A model generated the notes under the pieces. The model saw nothing but the letters and a program-made list of their open reading frames with translations. It was not told where the DNA came from and did no database searches. 34,813 nt of DNA from IMG/VR virus record IMGVR_UViG_3300034168_000656, positions 1 through 34,813 of that record; one strand, written 5' to 3'. A program made the position numbers and the translations under genes. Shown here one piece after another: positions 6,443 to 15,245 of this stretch. This stretch comes from a virus. Its lineage: Duplodnaviria; Caudoviricetes. Within the stretch, counting starts at the first letter, position 1. The number at the start of each line of letters is the position of its first letter.

Positions 6443-7057
6443 TTATTCGCATAGTACCCTACCTATTTCGTTTGTTTGTTGTTTAAATTCATGATAATTA
6501 AAATCTTCATGGATACTATCTTTAACAAAATCTAACCCTATGTAAGCCGTAAATTGACCATTTTTAAAAACTGGACAAGCGACAACGCTTTTTATTCCTT
6601 GCTCATGTAGCGCTATTCTAGTAGCGTTTTCTTTAATATCGTTAATGTTGGAATAAAACATTCTATTCAGCATTATTTCTTGCAAGAATCTAGGAAATAA
6701 AGAAGTCGGTAAATTTTGCAACTGCATTGCTTCGCTACTTATCCCCCTGTTACACACTTCATACGCTAAACTTTGATGGTTTTTATGTGTGCCGTCGTAG
6801 TACATGATACCATTATGGAACCTAAATATATATCCTCGGTCAGCTTTATATCTAAACATCAAGTCATTAAGCATTTGATGAATCAAAATACTATTCTTAA
6901 TATCCTCTTTTACTTCATCTGTAGTTTCAATCTTTTTTTCTACTACATTGGTAATTAAAGATTTATAATAAAACAAAATAAAAGCAATTAGCAAAATAAT
7001 AATTACTTGCGTTTTCATCTTGCGTAATTGCTCTAAAATGTTCTTTATCTCTTGCAT
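6443..7057 (-). CDS. Membrane-anchored GAF-like protein, putative T4 T-type holin
   Basis: Single N-terminal TM segment; ADRGYIFRFHNG...GIKSVVACPVF...YIGLDF GAF-like pattern; position in the lysis module. Confidence 0.6.
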   Translation of the reverse strand: MQEIKNILEQLRKMKTQVIIILLIAFILFYYKSLITNVVEKKIETTDEVKEDIKNSILIHQMLNDLMFRYKADRGYIFRFHNGIMYYDGTHKNHQSLAYEVCNRGISSEAMQLQNLPTSLFPRFLQEIMLNRMFYSNINDIKENATRIALHEQGIKSVVACPVFKNGQFTAYIGLDFVKDSIHEDFNYHEFKQQTNEIGRVLCE

Positions 7058-7290
7058 TATAATGGCATTTCAGTTACTACAGGATTATAATCAATCTCAG
7101 GTAAAGTCAACAACCACGCATCACATGGAATAGATTCAGCTTGTTGTAAAGTACATCCGTTTACTTCTTCATTTGAGATAAACCAAAGCCCGTTCGCATC
7201 TAGTTGTGGATTGAATAATTGACCTTGAAATCCCCATACTTTACCTACAAGGATATTTTTTTGTTCTAGTGTTAATTGTCTTACTTTCAT
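7057..7290 (-). CDS. Hypothetical protein (77 aa)
   Basis: Tightly packed ORF. Confidence 0.75.
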   Translation of the reverse strand: MKVRQLTLEQKNILVGKVWGFQGQLFNPQLDANGLWFISNEEVNGCTLQQAESIPCDAWLLTLPEIDYNPVVTEMPL

Positions 7291-7293
7291 AAA

Positions 7294-7980
7294 TTAAAAT
7301 GTTGGGTAGAACTTGCCAGCTCCTGCGTTATATAAATCTGTTACTTCTGTTGCTGTTAACTCTTTTGACCACATATAAATTTCATCTAGTTTACCCGAAG
7401 CATAATTATACATAATTCCACCATCATTGATTGCCCCAATTAAAGAAAAATTAGAAAGATAATTTTGATCTGTAACTACAGAATCAGATGCAACTAATGT
7501 TCCATTTATATACATTTTTGTTGATGTTACAGATTTTCTAACTATACTAATATTATACCATGTATTTGTAGAAATGGTATAACTTAAATCACTATATGTA
7601 ACGTTGTCTTTAAATGTTTTAAAATTGATTGCTGTACCTGTATTTTGAATAGCCCACCCTCTTTTTCCTGCAACATTTGAATAACAATCGATTAAAGATT
7701 GAAATGAAGTAGATGATGCATTATACCAAAAACTAATACTAAAATCAGATATAAATTTAAAAACATCTGCTGAGTAATTAATATAAGAAGTTGTGCCATT
7801 AAAAGTAAAAGCATTACCACTCTTTCCAGCACTATATGTCAATCCACCAATAGCAGTTCCATTTGCAAAAGTACCAAGTACAGAATCGTTTGCGTTGTTT
7901 TCAGCTTTGTAAACGGTATATAAGCTAGTAAGTAAAGAGCTTGCTTTTAACATTGAACTTATTAAACTATAGTAATTCAT
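7294..7980 (-). CDS. LamG/concanavalin A-like lectin-domain virion protein
   Basis: FSISFW...WYNISIV...KMYINGTL...GKLDEIYMWSKELTATEV; likely start MNYYSL. Confidence 0.85.
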   Translation of the reverse strand: MNYYSLISSMLKASSLLTSLYTVYKAENNANDSVLGTFANGTAIGGLTYSAGKSGNAFTFNGTTSYINYSADVFKFISDFSISFWYNASSTSFQSLIDCYSNVAGKRGWAIQNTGTAINFKTFKDNVTYSDLSYTISTNTWYNISIVRKSVTSTKMYINGTLVASDSVVTDQNYLSNFSLIGAINDGGIMYNYASGKLDEIYMWSKELTATEVTDLYNAGAGKFYPTF

Positions 7981-9512
7981 TATGCTTGCTGATTTAAACC
8001 TAAAATATCCCATTTCCCATCCGTAGAATTGTATATAATTCCAAGATAAATTGTTTTACTAATAACAGTAGTAGTAGGTAAAGTTATTCCAATTGCTCTG
8101 TAGTTAGTGTCAAAAGCAATTGTTCTTGCTGTACCATTATCTTTTATTCTAATCATTAATGCTTGACCTTCAACAAAAGTACCAGTAGGATTAGCAAGTG
8201 TAAGCCCAACAGCTTGTGCTGTAATAGTTACGATGTCATTTGTTGACACCGGCGTAACTGTAGCTGAACTTGCAACCGTTTGAACTCGTGGATTAACACT
8301 GCCAATATCTCCAGCAATACCAACATACCAAACTCCAAAAGAACCTGAGCCAATAACATAATCTATGTTTACATTTATTCCTGTAGTCTGTGGGTTTGCT
8401 ATGACAGAAGTTATTTGACCTTCCATATAATGAGTCGCGTCATTCCAAACCCTAACTCTCGTGCCTTGTTGCCATCCTAAGTTGTTTATAGGTGAACCAA
8501 CAGGTAAAGTTATTGTTCCTAAACCTAAAGTAAGACTTGAACCCGTATAATATAAGTTCATAATAGACCTTAAACCAGGCGTAATATTGTCTACATAAGT
8601 TTTAACCGCTTTTTGCGATGGATATTTTGTATCACTATTTGCAGTAAGTGCAACATCTATATCTTTATTAGATACGTTTTCCGCTGTAAATCCTAACGAC
8701 GCTTGTTTAGTTGCTAATCCATCCACAACCGCTTTCGTGCTTGCATACGTTATTGTTGAGCTTACAGTATAACTATCACTTTTATTAGTTTGAATTTCTA
8801 CACCCGTCAAAGCAGATGAAACTAGCGGAGGGACTTGAGTTGTTAAATACGCATCTACAGCTTCAGTTGTTGGGTATAGAACGCTGTTAATTGTTGTAAA
8901 GTCATTTACTTTATTATCTAAATCTTCCGCATTTAAAGATACCAAAGTTTGATCTCCAGTATTTACACCATCTAAGTTATCTAGTTTAATTTTATTTGAA
9001 GCGCTTAATAAACCGCTTGCCGTTCTTGTAGCTGCGTTTAAAGTTACATCCGTACCCGTTGAGCTATTTATGTTTAATGAGTCGGTTGTATGTCCAGAAA
9101 TTGATAAGTTTGTAGTAGTTGTTAAACCACCATCAATAAAAGCTCTTATTTCAGTTGCTGAAACTTCATCTGCACCGCCTTCATCTAAAATAGTATCCCT
9201 ATTTTTTTGGTGCGCTAAATAGGTAGGGAATATTTCTATCCAATAACTAGTATCAGTTGGTAAATTACCCATTGTTGCACTAGCATTAATGTACATAAAT
9301 GTTCTACCATTATATGTAACATATTTTTCTAATATCTCGTCGTAAACAACCGAGACGTCGAAATCTGCAATTTCCCCAGAGCTAGCAAGGCTATTAAAAT
9401 CTTCGTAAATATTGATATTATTATCATCAAAATCTACAATAGTTAAAAAGTCCCCCTTTGTTGTTAGTGGGGAATGTGTCGCGTTTCTTAATATAATATT
9501 TTCGCTATTCAT
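7980..9512 (-). CDS. Tail fibre-like virion protein (510 aa)
   Basis: Thr/Ser/Gly-rich, with three ExxxNK...Y(P/A)xxxAV repeats. Confidence 0.7.
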   Translation of the reverse strand: MNSENIILRNATHSPLTTKGDFLTIVDFDDNNINIYEDFNSLASSGEIADFDVSVVYDEILEKYVTYNGRTFMYINASATMGNLPTDTSYWIEIFPTYLAHQKNRDTILDEGGADEVSATEIRAFIDGGLTTTTNLSISGHTTDSLNINSSTGTDVTLNAATRTASGLLSASNKIKLDNLDGVNTGDQTLVSLNAEDLDNKVNDFTTINSVLYPTTEAVDAYLTTQVPPLVSSALTGVEIQTNKSDSYTVSSTITYASTKAVVDGLATKQASLGFTAENVSNKDIDVALTANSDTKYPSQKAVKTYVDNITPGLRSIMNLYYTGSSLTLGLGTITLPVGSPINNLGWQQGTRVRVWNDATHYMEGQITSVIANPQTTGINVNIDYVIGSGSFGVWYVGIAGDIGSVNPRVQTVASSATVTPVSTNDIVTITAQAVGLTLANPTGTFVEGQALMIRIKDNGTARTIAFDTNYRAIGITLPTTTVISKTIYLGIIYNSTDGKWDILGLNQQA

Positions 9513-10033
9513 GAGCCTATATTTCTAATTTTAAAACCTGTTGATTTTTCTCTAACTTTTTTGTATAAAGGATAATCTGCAGAATTTCTACATAAATAAT
9601 CCTTAATATTATTTTCAATAAACGTTGCACCGCTTCGTGATTGTGATACTAACCTAGAAATGGTTGTTTCATTAACTCTTTCGCTATATTGGTTTGTTTT
9701 ATGAACTAATCCCGTTGCTGTTGATATAACGTTTGAATTCGATAAATAACGCGCGTACGTGCAATATATTAAGTATTGTTTTATTCCATCCATGTAATAG
9801 GTATCGTTACCATGTACGTAACTTCCACCGTTAAATATGAAGCTATAATCTACAAGCGAAGGACTAGCTACAAAATCAGCTAATAAAGCAAGGTAAAATT
9901 CATCTCCTAACAATTCTCGTAAATCAAAATTTTGCGCCTCTTGAATGTATGGAGTCAATTGTTTTGATTCATTTACATTTAATGAAATCGATTTAACAGC
10001 TTGTATGTTTGCTAGTGTTATAAGTAATGCCAT
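9509..10033 (-). CDS. Putative head-tail adaptor
   Basis: Size, helical character and position after the portal. Confidence 0.55.
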   Translation of the reverse strand: MALLITLANIQAVKSISLNVNESKQLTPYIQEAQNFDLRELLGDEFYLALLADFVASPSLVDYSFIFNGGSYVHGNDTYYMDGIKQYLIYCTYARYLSNSNVISTATGLVHKTNQYSERVNETTISRLVSQSRSGATFIENNIKDYLCRNSADYPLYKKVREKSTGFKIRNIGS

Positions 10034-11211
10034 TATACTATTTTTCTTGGTTCGTAACCTAATGAAATTCTTATTTCGTCTTCCGTGAAAAATTCAGCAT
10101 AAGCAGTGTCAATAGGTTTCGAGTATTTAAGTGGTAAAATACTAAAATCTTTTGAAGGACAAATGTCGTAATGATAGTTACTAAATAATTCAGTTAAAAT
10201 TTCCTCAATGATAAGTCTATCATCAGAAGTAACACCATTGTAATAGTCAAATGCATCGCTAATTTCTTTTGAAGTTCCTAACGACCCAGCAACGCGTAAT
10301 AAAAGCACTGGTGGTATCAAAAACATTTTAATGATTGAATCCCTAGAACTATTTTCCGTGTACTCGTAAAGCCCGTCGTAATCCTGAATCTCAATCTTTT
10401 TTAGTTCGATTGATTCTTCATTACTTTCACGTTCCAAAACCATTATACGCCCAGCACCATCACCACCTTGAAAGCCTTTTAAATTCTCGTCAAATTCATT
10501 CGCTTCCTCATCTGATTCAGTTTTACCCGTAATCAATAAATGACTAGCTAAAAAATTATCCGTAGCTGTTGAATGTTTGAATTTTTTTACTTGTGCTTCG
10601 GTAAGCATGTCTTCCAAAACGGGGTCAAAAGGACAAAGGTTATAATCGTCTAATTGACCATTATAGTAAAATACTTGACCTTTATAATTTTCCCACCCCC
10701 CACATTCTTCTACTTCTTGAGCAACATTTGAAGGATCGTATTTATTTATGTAAACAATATCCGTAGGTGAAAACTTTTTTTTCTTTACATGTCCCCAATC
10801 TTCATATACAGCAATTTTACCGTAGTTTTCATTACCTTCTGAAATCAATCTACAATATTCAAAAGGAATAATAGATAAAGAACGTTTTTGAATTAATCCG
10901 TTATAATTAACGTGAACAGCTACACCACCATGTGAAGTAAAGTAATCGATAACAACACGCGTAAATTTATCAACTGTTTGTTTCGCGTTTACCTTATTTT
11001 TGTAAAATGTAGTATCTTTTAATCCACCTCCGAAAACAAATTTACGCTGTAATTTTAAGCAAGTCCTAGCCGTTCCAGAGTCGTTAATGATATCAATTAC
11101 CCTCTGAGGATAAATGTTATCAAAATCGTATTTCTGCACGTAAAACGCGGGGTTTTCCTTGCTTGTTATCCGTTGCTCAACCTTTCGAGCTGTAGATTTT
11201 AGTTTTGCCAT
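10033..11211 (-). CDS. Portal protein
   Basis: 392 aa; DNIYPQ...SGTA, GGDGAGRIMV and IPPVLL...GSLG patterns. Confidence 0.8.
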   Translation of the reverse strand: MAKLKSTARKVEQRITSKENPAFYVQKYDFDNIYPQRVIDIINDSGTARTCLKLQRKFVFGGGLKDTTFYKNKVNAKQTVDKFTRVVIDYFTSHGGVAVHVNYNGLIQKRSLSIIPFEYCRLISEGNENYGKIAVYEDWGHVKKKKFSPTDIVYINKYDPSNVAQEVEECGGWENYKGQVFYYNGQLDDYNLCPFDPVLEDMLTEAQVKKFKHSTATDNFLASHLLITGKTESDEEANEFDENLKGFQGGDGAGRIMVLERESNEESIELKKIEIQDYDGLYEYTENSSRDSIIKMFLIPPVLLLRVAGSLGTSKEISDAFDYYNGVTSDDRLIIEEILTELFSNYHYDICPSKDFSILPLKYSKPIDTAYAEFFTEDEIRISLGYEPRKIV

Positions 11212-11627
11212 TATTTAGGTGCAACTACTTTTTTAACTGTTGGTTTCTTTTTTTTACCATCTTTGAACCAGTCAGGAACTTTGTCGAAAAACTTAATAAT
11301 ACCAGGATTTGCATTCAACGCGTTTAAACATTCCGCATCTGTTGAATGTTCTGAAATTGCATCGTGATTAAAAGACTGTACTAATACACCTTTTTTTAAA
11401 AAAAATTCCTTTTCCATTTTTTCTGTTATTTTATTGATTATGTTATCTCGTTTTAATGCAAAAAATAGATCTTCTATACATTCGCATTTTGCACTTTTAT
11501 TTAGACTTATTCCAAATAACAAAAAGTTTAATTTATTCGCTTCAATCCATTCTATACTGTTTGGATTTGACCTCCAAACTTGTTTAGTTTTTTCGTAGCT
11601 TAAAACTTCTTGTATTTTTTCAGTCAT
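11211..11627 (-). CDS. Hypothetical protein (138 aa)
   Basis: Coupled to the portal gene; Lys-rich tail. Confidence 0.75.
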   Translation of the reverse strand: MTEKIQEVLSYEKTKQVWRSNPNSIEWIEANKLNFLLFGISLNKSAKCECIEDLFFALKRDNIINKITEKMEKEFFLKKGVLVQSFNHDAISEHSTDAECLNALNANPGIIKFFDKVPDWFKDGKKKKPTVKKVVAPK

Positions 11628-11656
11628 AAAAAAAGGGTGCGATTAATTCACACCCT
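11628..11656 (-). terminator. Intrinsic terminator after the tail tube gene
   Basis: AGGGTG/CACCCT stem with a U-run. Confidence 0.7.
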
Positions 11657-11682
11657 AAAAATAATATTATTTTTGAATTACA

Positions 11683-12258
11683 CTATGTCAATAAGCCGTC
11701 AACTACAGCTTTTGATAAAGCATATGAAGTAATAAACAAATTGTTTGGTAATTTAGGCTCTTTATTTAACACTGTAGAGAATGTGAAATCAAACGCACCT
11801 TGTGTATCTGCATTGTTTGGGTCACGTTCCAATGCTGTTAATTCAAGTCCTGAAGTCAATCCGTAAACCTCAAATGCTGAATTACCTGCTGTACCTTTGA
11901 AGTAATTTTCAACGATAACAACGTAACGACCATCTTTACCAGCGTTGAAATGTTCTTTAACTTCTGGTGAAATATCAAAACCTTTCAATTGGACTGAATG
12001 GTCAAACATATTTTCATAGCCTTGTTTTACAAGCATTGCTTTTGGAGCAATAGAATTGTTTTTACCATCGATTTGGTAAGCTAATTTACTTGCTTTTAAA
12101 ACAATATCTTCAACGGTAGAAACGTTTGTACCATTGTAAACGATTGATTCAATATCTTCAAAATTAATAATCAAAGCCCTATCTTTTGTACCGCCTTGTA
12201 AGGGCTTAGTACATGACTTTAAAATGTTACTTGCGATTTGTCCGCATACTGTAGCCAT
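11683..12258 (-). CDS. Putative major tail (tube) protein
   Basis: 191 aa, beta-rich, follows the capsid gene and has its own terminator. Confidence 0.6.
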   Translation of the reverse strand: MATVCGQIASNILKSCTKPLQGGTKDRALIINFEDIESIVYNGTNVSTVEDIVLKASKLAYQIDGKNNSIAPKAMLVKQGYENMFDHSVQLKGFDISPEVKEHFNAGKDGRYVVIVENYFKGTAGNSAFEVYGLTSGLELTALERDPNNADTQGAFDFTFSTVLNKEPKLPNNLFITSYALSKAVVDGLLT

Positions 12259-12281
12259 ATTTTTAGTTTTTTAATGTGAGT

Positions 12282-12310
12282 AAAAAAAAGGGAGTTTTTA
12301 AGCTCCCCTT
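12282..12310 (-). terminator. Intrinsic terminator after the major capsid gene
   Basis: GGGAG/CTCCC stem with a U8 run. Confidence 0.75.
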
Positions 12311-12316
12311 AGTTAT

Positions 12317-13399
12317 TTAGTAAGCTAATTGAACTAGTTCGTCTTGAGCTACAACCGCATCAATTCCGTATGCAAACTTCAAATATGTTTTATTCAAAGT
12401 TTTATCGTACCATACATCAGTTTCCCCTAATGAACCAACTTCTTCAACACCAACTTTTAAGTTAGTTTTAGTTGTTAAAATTGCTCTGTGAGGTAAATAG
12501 TATTTAGTACCATTTGAGAAGTATGTAGTGATCATTCTATCCCACAATTGGAAAGCAACTACTTCGATACCACCAGCTTTTAATACTAACATTCCATTCT
12601 CTAAACGCTCAGTTGTATAAGCTACATTAGAATTGATTAATTCTCTTTCGTATTGGTCATAAACTGATTGAGTAACAACATAGATTAAGTCAGTAGCTGA
12701 ACGTAAACGCATGTCAGCACCGTAACGCATATTTTGTAAAGTTGTCGTAGCTACTTTGTTAGTAGTATCCGTAGAATCAAACGCTTGTAATGCAAATGAA
12801 GCAGCAGCATTTTTAGTTGCTAAACCTGCAGTTTTACGTGCAGCAGTAGCTGAAACGATTGCGAATAATTGTTTCCAAATACCATCGATTTTATCGAAGT
12901 ATGCTAGGTCAGTTCCATTTGTGATTACACCAGCAGGAGAACTATTGTAATTAGCCGCTGCAGTATCTCCAAAGTACGCTAAACGATATACTGTTTCAAC
13001 GATAGCATCTTTTACTAATTCTTCTAAGTAAATCAATAAATCAGTAGAAGTTAAATCGCCTTTTGCAATTCCTTTTTTAAGTCCCCAAACAAAGAAAGTA
13101 CTTTTTAATTCAGTCCAACAAAATGGAAGTCTGTCAGAAACGTACGCAGGATTCCAAAACTTCTCAGTATTTGTAACTGTGTTTGTCGCGTCTGACTCAG
13201 AACATGCGTTTGTACCTTTCCCTAAAAGACCATTGATACGTCCTAGGATAACGATTTGTTTTTTAGCAACGATTCCCTCAACGATGTCGTGGAATTGTGC
13301 AATATCAGGTTTTGCGAATGCACCTGTAAATAACGCTTCAGAAATTTCTCTAATTTCTTGTCCGTTAAATGTTAAATCACTTGAGCTAATTACTGCCAT
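12317..13399 (-). CDS. Major capsid protein
   Basis: 360 aa, directly after protease/scaffold, followed by a terminator; AYFGDT pattern. Confidence 0.85.
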   Translation of the reverse strand: MAVISSSDLTFNGQEIREISEALFTGAFAKPDIAQFHDIVEGIVAKKQIVILGRINGLLGKGTNACSESDATNTVTNTEKFWNPAYVSDRLPFCWTELKSTFFVWGLKKGIAKGDLTSTDLLIYLEELVKDAIVETVYRLAYFGDTAAANYNSSPAGVITNGTDLAYFDKIDGIWKQLFAIVSATAARKTAGLATKNAAASFALQAFDSTDTTNKVATTTLQNMRYGADMRLRSATDLIYVVTQSVYDQYERELINSNVAYTTERLENGMLVLKAGGIEVVAFQLWDRMITTYFSNGTKYYLPHRAILTTKTNLKVGVEEVGSLGETDVWYDKTLNKTYLKFAYGIDAVVAQDELVQLAY

Positions 13400-13405
13400 T
13401 TTTTC

Positions 13406-14506
13406 TTATTTTTTAAGGTTAGTTAATTCTGCCTTTCTTTCTGCCATTGTTTTAGGCTTTGCAGGGTCTTGGATTGTTCTAAATTGTGCTTTTTCAACTG
13501 GAGGCGTAAAGTTTGAACCTAACTTTGCAAGTTCTTCCATTTTCGCTACTACTGTTTCAGCAACTTCCGTAGCTTTTGCAAGTTCATTAGTTTGTTCTTC
13601 AAACTTTGCTTTCAATTCAGAAAGTTCAGCTTTCAAAGCGTCCATTTCAGGTGCTTGTTCGTCTTCTACTTCCGCTTTAACAAGTTCAGTAATCACTCCT
13701 TCAGTAACTACAATTTTAACACCAGCTTCAGTAACGTACTCGCCGTTTTCAGGTTTTGTTCCGTCTTCCAAAGTAATAGCATCACCTACCACTAAATCTT
13801 CAAACGCTGTCATTAAAGTACCTTTGTCCGTAACGACTACCATAGCAACTGCCTCGCGTTCGTTAGTTTTCAAAGCCTCTGTAAACGCAGACATAGCCAA
13901 TGCTAATCTGTCCATTAAAGGTTTTTTCATATTTATTTGTTTTTGGTTATATAATAGAGCAACTGCCCTCTTTTCCATTTTTGGTAACACCGCACTTGCA
14001 AAGCCTAACTTCAAACATTGCTCACTTGTTAACGATGTCTCGATTTTCATTAAACCACTCAAAGCCTCTTTGGATATTCCCGTAGCTTTTGCATACATGG
14101 AAATCATTTCGCTTTCAGTTTCTTTTATTCCCTTCGCATATTCCTCTAATTGTGACGCATCCCCACTTACACTTTGCAACCATGGATTATGGATTAGGTA
14201 TGTTGTACCCTCAACAATCATTCGATTTTGAATTGGTACGGCTAAATGTATTTCAGTAGCAATCGATGCACAAAGTGTTTCCGCAATAGTAAAACAATTA
14301 GGTACGGATTTTAAGAATTCAGCTATTGATCTACCCGTTGAAACGTAACCGCCCTCGGAATTTATATGTACGTGAATAGCCTCTACTTCGTTTAAATCTT
14401 GAATCTGTGCTACCACATCAATAAGTTCAACACCCTTTGCCGTAACATTTCCGTTATCGTCGTATGTGTTGCCTATTTGTCCGTTTATGTAAACATGTCC
14501 TATCAT
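13406..14506 (-). CDS. ClpP-like prohead protease with C-terminal scaffold
   Basis: VHINSEGG, CASIAT and LIHNPW motifs; acidic coiled-coil C-terminal half; likely start MIGHVYING at 14506. Confidence 0.88.
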   Translation of the reverse strand: MIGHVYINGQIGNTYDDNGNVTAKGVELIDVVAQIQDLNEVEAIHVHINSEGGYVSTGRSIAEFLKSVPNCFTIAETLCASIATEIHLAVPIQNRMIVEGTTYLIHNPWLQSVSGDASQLEEYAKGIKETESEMISMYAKATGISKEALSGLMKIETSLTSEQCLKLGFASAVLPKMEKRAVALLYNQKQINMKKPLMDRLALAMSAFTEALKTNEREAVAMVVVTDKGTLMTAFEDLVVGDAITLEDGTKPENGEYVTEAGVKIVVTEGVITELVKAEVEDEQAPEMDALKAELSELKAKFEEQTNELAKATEVAETVVAKMEELAKLGSNFTPPVEKAQFRTIQDPAKPKTMAERKAELTNLKK

Positions 14507-14551
14507 AGTTGTAAAATTAATTGTTATATTCGCTAAAAATTTGACAATAAA

Positions 14552-15070
14552 ATGACAATACACGTAATAGGTAAAGGGGAATCAAAAGAGTTTTTTAAAC
14601 ACGATGGAAATATAACTATCGGAGTAAACGACGTGAATAAGTGGATTAAAACCGACCACATTGTAGTAGTTGACCCTATGGATGCTTATAAGGAACAGCA
14701 TGAAACGTATAGAAGTTCAAAAGCTATGTTTTGGTCGCAAAATGAAGATAACAAAAACTATGTAAAGAATTTTACACTTATTGAACTTGCAAGGGGTCGC
14801 GGAGTGTTAGACGAATTTGACTCCGATAGGTTTGTTTATTCGATTACATCCCCATTTGTAGCGGTACATTTAGCTTATAAGCTAGGCGCTAAAAATATAG
14901 TAATGTGGGGGGTTGATTTTAATACGCATCCTAATTTCGATACAGATAGTTTACGTAATCGTGCTTTAAAAGACTTCGGTAACCTACGCAAAAAATTAAA
15001 CGAACGTGGCGTAAATTTTTACGTAGGTCATGAAATGTCTATGTTTAGTTCTATATTGCCAGTTTTATAA
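14552..15070 (+). CDS. Maf/DUF115 (sialyltransferase-like fold) putative glycosyltransferase
   Basis: VIGKGES, TIGVN, VVVD and SPFVAVHLAYKLGAKNIVMWGVDF motifs. Confidence 0.75.
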   Translation: MTIHVIGKGESKEFFKHDGNITIGVNDVNKWIKTDHIVVVDPMDAYKEQHETYRSSKAMFWSQNEDNKNYVKNFTLIELARGRGVLDEFDSDRFVYSITSPFVAVHLAYKLGAKNIVMWGVDFNTHPNFDTDSLRNRALKDFGNLRKKLNERGVNFYVGHEMSMFSSILPVL

Positions 15071-15244
15071 ATGTAGCAACCCGTCGTTTAAAATAGGGTT
15101 AGCAATCAATAAAACTTCTTCGTCTGTTTTATCTGTAAAATGTTGGCAATATTCAAATTTATTAGAATATTCACCGATTGGAATAATAACGTAGTAAGTC
15201 CCGTTTTCATCAACTGTTTTTGTTTTTATTTCTACCTCAAACAT
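15065..15244 (-). CDS. Hypothetical protein (59 aa, MFEVEIKTKTVDENG...)
   Basis: Read manually; starts 1 nt after the fibre gene stop. Confidence 0.65.
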   Translation of the reverse strand: MFEVEIKTKTVDENGTYYVIIPIGEYSNKFEYCQHFTDKTDEEVLLIANPILNDGLLHL

Positions 15245-15245
15245 A

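Noticed and set aside
14507-14563. Longer N-termini given by the ORF track (also 3123, 4571, 8013, 17278, 31982, 32379)
   Set aside because: They overlap promoters or neighbouring genes; downstream ATGs have coupled or A-rich contexts.
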